From Mayamaea pseudoterrestris (Eukaryota), in assembly GCA_027923505.1 (NCBI GenBank), contig BROI01000039.1, forward strand, positions 106,480 to 126,479: a DNA stretch of 20,000 bases, given 5' to 3'. The notes under the pieces were generated by a model. That model did not search any database. It was not told where the DNA came from and saw only the letters and a list, made by a program, of their open reading frames with translations. The stretch's first letter is position 1. The number at the start of each line of letters is the position of its first letter. Positions 1 through 7,640 of the stretch are shown here, in pieces. Made by a program: the position numbers and the translations under genes.

Positions 1-2
1 GC

Positions 3-899
3 ACTTGTTTTAGTCCATGCGGTCACGTATTGCATAACAAATGCCACAAAACGACGCTCTCGCACGGCCTGCGTAATTGCCCATTGTGCAACCAAAACAT
101 CTCCTCTACTACTAAAGCGTTCCTAAAACACGATATCGATGCAGAAGCAGAAGAGCTGATGTTATCTATCAGGCGCTCCAGCGAAGTTGTCGACATAGAA
201 CATGCGCTCGCGAACATCGTCGAGTTTGTACATTTACATGATCCACGCGAGCAACGGACAGAGACTGCGCAGTTAGTGCGTCGATCTTCTGCAATAAGTA
301 GGGCGGGAGGCGTTGAGGTCATTCTCGGGACCATTCATGCTCTCGCGGATGGGCTACTGCGTCGGTGTTTTGCAATATCAACGGCGGGAGGTGTAGAAGT
401 GATTCTTGATACCATTCATGCGCTCGAGGACTGGTCAGATGCAAAGAACTATGCACTTTCCGTTCTAGCTAGATTATGTTTCTCCAGTGACGACAGTAAA
501 CGTGAATTTTTGCGCTACGGCGGTATGTCTATGCTTATTGAACGTTTTGATATGGGTGGGATTTCAGCGGAGTTTGCAGCTTACGCAACACATTACCTTA
601 TTCGATTGCGCTCGACGCATGAGTCATTTGTTGCTTTAGGAGGAATCAAGCACGTCGCAGCTGCCATGCGACGAGTTATTGACGATGCGGAGCTTCAATA
701 CTCTGGGTGCTACATCATCTTTTATCTATCGTCAAATTCTGACTACCTTGAGGAACTCGAGAAAGAAGGTTGCTTCTCACTCGCGGCCATGGCGTACGAG
801 ACTTATCCAAACTATTTACGTATGAAATATCGATTCGCTATTGTTATGAAACGTTACAAGGCTTTCATTGCATCGAGTAAGAGTAAAGAGTCCCTCTGA
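3..899 (+). CDS. RING-H2 finger plus ARM/HEAT-like helical repeat protein, probable E3 ubiquitin ligase (5' end lies upstream of the window)
   Basis: The frame of ORF 30..899 is open back to position 3 and reads TCFSPCGHVLHNKCHKTTLSHGLRNCPLC. This is the C-x-H-x2-H-x2-C...C-x2-C C-terminal part of a RING-H2 motif. Downstream segments (AGGVEVILDTI, YGGMSMLI, LGGIKHVAAAMRR, DAELQYSGC) resemble armadillo repeats. Stop TGA at 897-899. The listed start at 30 is TTG, not a true start. Confidence 0.7.
   Translation, partial: TCFSPCGHVLHNKCHKTTLSHGLRNCPLCNQNISSTTKAFLKHDIDAEAEELMLSIRRSSEVVDIEHALANIVEFVHLHDPREQRTETAQLVRRSSAISRAGGVEVILGTIHALADGLLRRCFAISTAGGVEVILDTIHALEDWSDAKNYALSVLARLCFSSDDSKREFLRYGGMSMLIERFDMGGISAEFAAYATHYLIRLRSTHESFVALGGIKHVAAAMRRVIDDAELQYSGCYIIFYLSSNSDYLEELEKEGCFSLAAMAYETYPNYLRMKYRFAIVMKRYKAFIASSKSKESL
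276..437 (+). repeat. 81-bp (27-aa) intragenic tandem duplication
   Basis: VRRSSAISRAGGVEVILGTIHALADG versus LRRCFAISTAGGVEVILDTIHALEDW. The DNA copies start at 276 and 357 and share gcgggagg and accattcatgc. Confidence 0.85.
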
Positions 900-1058
900 T
901 TCTTAATATGCGCAGGTCGCGGGCGCGAACGAATCAGCGCAAGCCATGGTCCTTCCTTTTCTAGTTCAACACAATCCGTTGCCCAGATACAAGTTTTTAA
1001 TGTTAGCAATGACTAGAAAACTGTACACTATATTGTAATAAGTGACCTCGCACAATTG

Positions 1059-2249
1059 CTAGTTTAATCGTTCAATGACAATGGCCGAAGCGCCTCCACC
1101 TCCATTACAAATGCTGGCGCATCCAATCGTCGCGTCCTTTTGGTTAAGCACGTTGTACAAATTCCCTACAATGCGAGCGCCACTCATCCCAATGGGATGC
1201 CCAAGAGCCACTGCTCCTCCAAAGACGTTTACCTTGGTTGGATCAAGGTTCATGAGCTTCATATTCGCAATCGCCACGACGCTAAACGCTTCGTTAATTT
1301 CGTGATAGTCCACATTCTCCGCTTGCACTCCGGCATGCTGGAGCGCCACCGGCACCGCCAAGGATGGCGTCGTGGTAAAGTCAACGGGAGCCTGCGCCGC
1401 GTCGCCGTAGCCCAAAATGCGGGCCAGCGGCTGCATGTTGCGCGCCATGGCTTCGCTCTCCGTCATGAGAACGAGCGCGGAAGCTCCATCGTTCAACGAA
1501 CTGGCATTGGCAGCCGTGACAGTACCTTGCTTGCGATCAAAAGCTGGTTGAATTGTTGCTATTCGGTCCATTTTGACATTGGACGGCTCCTCATCCGTGT
1601 CGACAACCAAAGCATCACCCTTGCGCTGCGGAACAGATACAGGAACAATATCGGTAAAGGCTCCATCTTGAATCGCCTGTTGCGCGCGCCGATACGATTC
1701 CACGGCATGTTCATCCTGCTCCTCCCTTGATATGGAGTAGTCCTTGCTGCACTTTTCGGCGCACATTCCCATGTGCTGCTCATTGTAAATGTCGTACAAG
1801 CCGTCGTGCACCAGGCCATCAATGAGACTAGCGTTTCCGAGTGGAAATCCATTGCGTGAATTCATGAGATAGTGTGGAATGTTGGACATGCTTTCAAAGC
1901 CACCGGCCAGCATGGCGTAGTTGGCATTTTGAGGAGCGGCGCACTGGAGCGACTGCGCCGCCAGCATGATGGACTTCATGCCCGACGCACACACCTTGTT
2001 GACAGTGGTACAAATGGTAGTTTCCGGCAAGCCCGCATATATTACAGCCTGACGAGCTGGCGCTTGGCCCATGCCAGCCGAAACAACATTCCCTAGAAAG
2101 GCTTCCTTGATCAGTAAATCGTTTGGCAGCTTGGATACTGCTCCCTTGATGGCAGCCGCGCCAAGCTCGGAGCCCTTGAGCGAACTCAGTGAACCACGGA
2201 ACTTGGCAATGGGAGTTCTGGCAATGCTGACAATCACAATGTTTGTCAT
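1059..2249 (-). CDS. Acetyl-CoA C-acetyltransferase (biosynthetic thiolase II, ERG10/AACT type), 396 aa, intronless
   Basis: All thiolase motifs are present: N-terminal IVSIARTPI, GNVVSAGMGQAPARQA, catalytic Cys in NKVCASG, NASSLNDGA, HEINEAF, GHPIGMSGAR and CNGGGGA. There is no N-terminal extension and the C-terminus is ERLN (no PTS1), which suggests a cytosolic enzyme. Confidence 0.95.
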   Translation of the reverse strand: MTNIVIVSIARTPIAKFRGSLSSLKGSELGAAAIKGAVSKLPNDLLIKEAFLGNVVSAGMGQAPARQAVIYAGLPETTICTTVNKVCASGMKSIMLAAQSLQCAAPQNANYAMLAGGFESMSNIPHYLMNSRNGFPLGNASLIDGLVHDGLYDIYNEQHMGMCAEKCSKDYSISREEQDEHAVESYRRAQQAIQDGAFTDIVPVSVPQRKGDALVVDTDEEPSNVKMDRIATIQPAFDRKQGTVTAANASSLNDGASALVLMTESEAMARNMQPLARILGYGDAAQAPVDFTTTPSLAVPVALQHAGVQAENVDYHEINEAFSVVAIANMKLMNLDPTKVNVFGGAVALGHPIGMSGARIVGNLYNVLNQKDATIGCASICNGGGGASAIVIERLN

Positions 2250-2617
2250 GCTGAAAGTCTCGTAGCTGTAAATGGATTGTGAAGTTGACGAAACGTTTTC
2301 GTTTCACAGTCTCAAGTGTCATGGTCGCGTGACGCGCGGCGACGCCCTGTCGCATCGCAACAGACACATTCTGGTCGCATCGGTAATGACATCGCGCGAC
2401 TCGGCGGCCAGTCGCCACCATGGAGGAAGCGTTCGACAAGAGTCAGTCTGATTCCGGAACGATCAAGCGATTTATTCTCTTTGCTTGAGCTCAGTAACTC
2501 AGTAAATCACATTGATCCACCAATTCGCATACCAAGAACCATAAAGTCCTGGAGTATAAGCTTTTCTTTTTGTTTTTGCCACCAAAAACAACAATCAATT
2601 GAACAACAACAGCAACA
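2250..2617. promoter_or_regulatory. Divergent (bidirectional) promoter region between thiolase and PEX13-like gene
   Basis: 368 bp separate two head-to-head ATGs. A CG-rich core has repeated GTCGC/GCGAC words, and an A/C-rich 5' leader (caacaacagcaaca) precedes the ATG at 2618. Inferred from gene geometry only. Confidence 0.45.
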
Positions 2618-3568
2618 ATGGCTCCTCCAAGCGTTTCATCACCAGTGACTACGCCTTACTCGAGTCAATATATAAGTTCTGCGTTGAAAGGTAATGGCGG
2701 TGAAAAGGCCAAGACTGTCAGAATACAAGAATCGCAAGCAGATGAAGCGCATCAGCAACAAGGAACGAACAACAATTCTACGAAACGAGCGACAGCAACG
2801 ACTGCTTTTAATAGTCCAACTTCTACTCCAGCTGCTACCCTGCCAACATCAAATGTCGCTCCGTTGCTTCCATCATCAGCACTATATGGAGGAGCCAGCA
2901 GTTTATACGGCGGCGCCAACATGGGAATGTATGGTGGCGGCTACGGAGGTGGCGGCGCCTACAACCCCATGTTGATGGGAGGAGGCATGTACAGCGGCGG
3001 CTACGGCGCCATGAACATGCTGGGAGGTCCATTAAACACACTGAATCAAGTCTTGTTCAGCGTGCAGACGGTCGTCTTTTCGCTTGGCCAGGCGGTGCAA
3101 ATTATTGGCATGAACACGCAGGCAATCAAGCAATTATTTGAATCATTGACGGGCATGTTTGACCACATTGTCGCCGCCGTGCAGGAACTGCAGGCACTGG
3201 AGCAGCAACAACGAGACAACATGACGGAGCAACAACTGAAACGGAAACGAAGGTTGCAAATGCTGCGATGGACCCTTGCGACGGCTGTCAGTTATAGTGC
3301 CTACAGGCTTGTTCGACGAATGTTTGGTCGACGACGAGACGATGCAATGCAACGACTTACAATGGGCAATGGCGGGAGCTACGGTGATCCATCGGGAGCG
3401 CTGCCAAATTTCAATACTCAGTATGGGAATGCTGGATACGGCAACGGTTCATACAATGGTTATGGAGGCATGAATCATCCACCGTATTCATCGTCTGGAA
3501 TGTTGCCGCACCAATCGTCCTACGGCGGCTACAATGGCAACTACGGACAAGGTGGAGGCTACTACTAG
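2618..3568 (+). CDS. PEX13: Peroxin 13-like peroxisomal docking membrane protein (plant/SH3-less type), 316 aa
   Basis: A Tyr/Gly/Met-rich YG region (LYGGASSLYGGANMGMYGGGYGGGG...) is followed by an amphipathic segment LNQVLFSVQTVVFSLGQAVQIIGMNTQAIKQLFESLTGMFD. This resembles the NTQA..F...L..LFD block of plant PEX13 as I recall it. A hydrophobic stretch WTLATAVSYSAY is flanked by basic residues. No SH3 domain is seen. Confidence 0.7.
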   Translation: MAPPSVSSPVTTPYSSQYISSALKGNGGEKAKTVRIQESQADEAHQQQGTNNNSTKRATATTAFNSPTSTPAATLPTSNVAPLLPSSALYGGASSLYGGANMGMYGGGYGGGGAYNPMLMGGGMYSGGYGAMNMLGGPLNTLNQVLFSVQTVVFSLGQAVQIIGMNTQAIKQLFESLTGMFDHIVAAVQELQALEQQQRDNMTEQQLKRKRRLQMLRWTLATAVSYSAYRLVRRMFGRRRDDAMQRLTMGNGGSYGDPSGALPNFNTQYGNAGYGNGSYNGYGGMNHPPYSSSGMLPHQSSYGGYNGNYGQGGGYY

Positions 3569-3654
3569 CGTTAACCATGTAAAACATTCTATATTATGTC
3601 TTTTAAAAGCATTTACATTGTTTCGATTCGACATTCCCAATAGTCGAAGCTTGT

Positions 3655-5778
3655 TTAAAGATCCACTGTATCATGCAAATTATACGTTCGTCGAGCGTTC
3701 CTCGGAATATCGCTCGCTCGCTGTGGATTGGTTGGTATAAAGGTGACGCCCCGTTGCCGCTTGAGCTCGCACGATTCGCAGTGCGGCGATGAGCACCAGT
3801 GGTGATCGGCATGTTGAATGCGATCCTGCGAGTCCACCTCTATGTTTTCATCCTCGTTCATAAAGTCCTCGTCAAATGTACGGTCCAGTCGATTGTTGTT
3901 TTTAACTCTTGACGCTGCATAGACCGGTTGCACTTCAACTCCGTCGCCATTGTTCGAGTAGTCCGATGTCAGAATGGAGTCATCTTCGCCTACTACATGC
4001 GCCATGCGCTTTTGCTGATACGGAGTGCTGCTGTAAGCACTGGAACTATGCAGCATGCTTTCGTCCTCCTCGTCATCGGTATTGGCCGCCTTGAGCAAGC
4101 TATTGTCTTCGCGGAAGCGCCTGCCGCGGCGGTTCGCGGCAAAGACGGACGCCAGCACCACCACCAGCACGCTCAAGGTGACAGCCACGGCGGCGCCAGC
4201 GGAAATGCCACCCGCGCCAGGTTCCACGTTGCTTGGTCCCTGAATGCCCGACGTGCCGTCATCGTCGTTGGTATCGTCATCGCGACCCGATGCATCGTCA
4301 TTATTGTCAAGGTCATCGTCGTTGGACGAGTCTCCGCCACCTTCCTGAACCGGTGGCGTACCATAAACACTCTTCGTCGCCAGTGAGCTCACAACGTCAT
4401 TGCCTTGCACGTCAAGATTGGCGCTCATAATGGCCGTCTCGAGCGAGTTGGGAAAGCCGCTCAAATTGCCGACAGAATTGTCGTAATAAGCAGTGACGCG
4501 ACTCCTTGTCGTGACGCAAACAGTCTTGCCGTCGGATGCAATTCCAAACTCGCTGCACTCGTCTGTGGGCGCAGTAGTGAAAAGAGAGAATCGTGTGAGT
4601 TTAGAATGGGATGCGAATCTAAAACGACATCGTTTCATTCAATTGAATCACTTACTAAACTCATCCACTTGCAGCGACCCAAAGACAACGTTAACAATCG
4701 TAGCTTCCTCCTGCGAGTCTGTATTCTGCAGGTACCGCAGTCGCCGGCGTCCATTGCTATTGTTTCTATCACTATTTTCGTCGCTTGCGGCGTCACTACA
4801 ATTAGTCAATGTGGGTGCCACTTGCGTCTGCAGCGCCAGTCGCAACTCGTCCAAGACTTGCTCGACGGATGCCGTGGACGACACCGCCAAGCCAAGCTGC
4901 AAGTCAAAGGTGGTTGACGAGGACGAAGCGGAGCTGCTAACAAACGTTTCATCCGCCACTTTGTCGCAGGCAGTCTTTGGTGTAGCCGTGGGACGACTCG
5001 TTGGGGATGCACTTGGTCTACCGGTACGCGTCGTCGGTTCCTTGCTTGGAGCAAACGTTGCTTCCGCTTCGGCTCTACCCGCAGTTGGAGCTACTGTTGA
5101 TGTTTCAAAAACACTTGGTGTCGGAAAGGGAGTCGTCATTGTTGGAGTAGTCATGGAAGGTGCCATGACTGGTGGCGTGGTGTAACTCGACGCTGCAGTT
5201 GGTGCAGGTGTGCCGTCGCCTTGAAGTCCAGGTGATATTGTAGGTTCGCCGCGTCCAATGAGTGTACTGTCGTCGTCATCGGCATTTACTTCGGGAACAC
5301 TTGTTCCATCAGTGCCGCCTCCTCCAGTTCCATCAGTCTTTCCTTCATTATTGTCTGGAGGAGGAGGCGGCGGTGGAAGCGGTCTACTCCCGGCCGATCC
5401 GCTGCTACTGGAGATTTCGCGACAAAGTCGAGGCGGCGGCCCCTTCTTCTTGGACGCCTTTGCTTGCTTGAGTGAAGCTCCTTTGAGTTGCTTGACGCAA
5501 TCAGTTGTCAAAGGAGGCGTTCCCTTGGGCGGTGCAGCTGCTTGAAAGGCGCGACTCAGTACTTGCAGCGGATTCTGTGGAGTGGCAATGACGACCTCAT
5601 TATTGTCAACGTGAAGTTTACGACTAAATTGTTCGTGTTCGTCGTCTTGTCGGGAATAGTCATGGCGTACTATTGCATCGACCGATGTTACTGATAGTTG
5701 TTGAGGTTCGCCGCTTGCATTGAGCGAGTTCCATGATAGAAGAAGCAACCCGAGTAATTGCAGAGATTGTCGCATCAT
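3655..5778 (-). CDS. Two-exon type I membrane protein (~676 aa): signal peptide, Pro/Thr/Ser-rich stalk, RXL motifs, single TM, acidic cytosolic tail with His/Cys cluster. Exons 5778-4656 and 4562-3655.
   Basis: ORFs 4648..5778 and 3655..4638 join in frame through a phase-1 intron (A|GTAAGT ... CACAG|AC, giving QVDEF-N-ECSEF). Other features are the N-terminal signal MMRQSLQLLGLLLLSWNSLNASG, a TM segment GAAVAVTLSVLVVVLASVFAA followed by NRRGRR, and the tail motif HHWCSSPHCESC. Confidence 0.8.
4563..4655 (-). other. 93-bp spliceosomal GT-AG intron
   Basis: On the minus strand: donor GTAAGT at 4655-4650, a CTCAC branch-like motif, a pyrimidine tract TTCTCTCTTTTC and acceptor CAG ending at 4563. 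Removing it preserves the reading frame. Confidence 0.85.
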
Positions 5779-6138
5779 TCACTGTCAGGTAGTCTCCTTA
5801 TTCCAATCAAGTATTACTGTATAAACTTTGCAGGGATGTTGACGCTAGCAACGACGACGAGGACGTTCATTCCAGAGTCGTTGAGGACGTGTGCGTCAAC
5901 AGGCGGATGAAAATTTCGTTGGCAGTCATCGCGCACGCAAATCGTGTGCACGTCCATGGGCTCGGGAAAATGGCGGGTCACTTTGTGGCGGTCATTGTCC
6001 GTTGGGCGAGCGTGTCGGGTTGTGCTGTGTGCGAAGATAGTCGTATCGGTACTAAACATCGGAACGGGACTGATTCCAGCGTCGGAACGAGCACCGTCCG
6101 ATTCCTTCGTTCCAACAGCATGAACATCAACTTTAACT
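5779..6138. promoter_or_regulatory. Divergent promoter region between the membrane-protein gene and DHQS
   Basis: 360 bp lie between head-to-head ATGs at 5778 (-) and 6139 (+). Inferred from geometry only. Confidence 0.4.
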
Positions 6139-7536
6139 ATGGCAGCAGCAACGACAAGACCTATATGCGCTTGGGCGCTGACTCTGTGGATGCTTGCATC
6201 TTGTATTCATGACGCGAGCGCCTTTGCCAATGTCAATAGTAGCAAGCGACAATCACTCGGCGTCGCCCGAGCAGCAGCAGCATCCGATCTGGGAAGCACC
6301 GTCGTTAGCAAACATCACTACGACGTTGTCAAGGTTGATTTGGAAGATGGAAGAGACTATCCCATTTACATTGGAACGAAATTTGCAAATGACGAAGGTA
6401 CGTAGTGTGGCATTGACTCCCATGCAGACTACTTGCATTGCTTCTTTGCTCATTCATTTTCGAAAAATTGCCGTGCCACAACTACAGCCGCATCAATACT
6501 ACAATCGCATATTCACGGAAACAAGGTTCTCATTGTCACGAACGATCGCATTGCACCAATGTACCTTGACAAGTACACGCAATTGCTAGCTTCCAATCCT
6601 CAATTATCCGTCGACACGTTGGTCATTCCAGACGGCGAGCAGCACAAGAACTTTGACGTATTGCAAAGCATACTCGACAAGTGTTTGGAGAATAGTTTGG
6701 ATCGCAAGGCGACACTCGTTGCCCTGGGCGGCGGTGTCATTGGTGACATGGTGGGTTTTGCGGCGGCCATTTACCAGCGCGGCGTCAACTTTGTGCAAAT
6801 ACCCACCACCGTCATGGCCATGGTTGACAGCAGTGTCGGAGGCAAGACGGGGGTGAACCATCCAATGGGTAAAAACATGATTGGCGCGTTTCATCAACCT
6901 CAATGTGTTTTTGTTGACACTGATACACTAGCGACCTTGCCGGATCGGGAGCTGTGTTCGGGTATTTCGGAAATTATCAAGTACGGACTTATCAGGGATG
7001 CTGCATTCTTCGAGTGGCAGGAGGAGCACATGGATGAGTTGCTGCAACGAAACCCTGAGGCGCTGCGGTATGCCATCACAAGGTCATGCCAAAACAAGGC
7101 AGCCGTTGTCAAGGCTGACGAAAAGGAGGCTGGGCTTCGTGCAACGCTGAACTTGGGTCATACGTTTGGACATGCGATTGAGAATGGGTCTGGCTACGGC
7201 ACTTGGCTACACGGTGAAGCCGTCGCCATTGGAACCGCCATGGCTACGAGCATGTCGGCGCGACTGGGCTGGATTGACACGAGCTTGGTGAAGCGAGTTT
7301 ACGACATATTGCACCGGGCCAAGCTACCAACGGAACTACCATTGGACTCACCCATGAACCGCGACAATTTTCTAAGGCTCATGTCTGTTGACAAAAAGGT
7401 GGCCAATGGGCAGTTGCGGTTAATTTTGCTCAAGGGCGAACTGGGCGAATGCGTCTTTACAGGCAACTTCGACAATGAAGCTATGATTGATACTGTGGAT
7501 GAATTTGTGGCTGAATGTGGAGCCATTGCAAAGTAG
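6139..7536 (+). CDS. aroB: Plastid-targeted 3-dehydroquinate synthase (~435 aa). Exons 6139-6397 and 6488-7536.
   Basis: DHQS motifs YPIYIG, PDGEQHK, ALGGGVIGDMVGFAAAIYQRG, PTTVMAMVDSSVGGKTGVN, KNMIGAFHQP, EIIKYGLI, RATLNLGHTFGHAIE, LHGEAVAIG and DKK are present. The N-terminal signal peptide ends in ASA|FAN (diatom ASAFAP-type cleavage site) and is followed by a Ser/Arg/Ala-rich transit peptide. Confidence 0.95.
6398..6487 (+). other. 90-bp spliceosomal GT-AG intron in DHQS
   Basis: Donor G|GTACGT at 6398, a branch-like TGCTCAT near 6447-6453 and acceptor TACAG| at 6487. The phase-1 join G+CC gives Ala and links the two ORF frames (…FANDE-A-ASILQSH…). Confidence 0.88.
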
Positions 7537-7640
7537 CAACAATATACTAACTCTATTTACAAGTATGAGTAGTAAAGTCTTTGTGATAGTTAAAAGGTAT
7601 GTCAGTCAGATCCCGTTGCTACACTGTTGCGGGACTATGT

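Noticed and set aside
1075..2439. Overlapping alternative-frame and antisense ORFs over the thiolase
   Set aside because: These are shadow ORFs of a well-supported gene and have no motifs.
3909..5694. Plus-strand ORFs of up to 230 aa opposite the membrane-protein gene
   Set aside because: They are antisense shadows of low-complexity coding sequence. The minus strand has the signal peptide, the TM segment and canonical splice sites.
6433..6487. ORF-track N-terminus of DHQS (MHCFFAHSF...)
   Set aside because: It starts at TTG inside the intron. The true start is the ATG at 6139 in exon 1.
1059..7536. Metabolic gene cluster or bacterial operon (thiolase plus aroB)
   Set aside because: The genes alternate strands, contain introns and belong to unrelated pathways and compartments. 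This is ordinary compact eukaryotic gene order.
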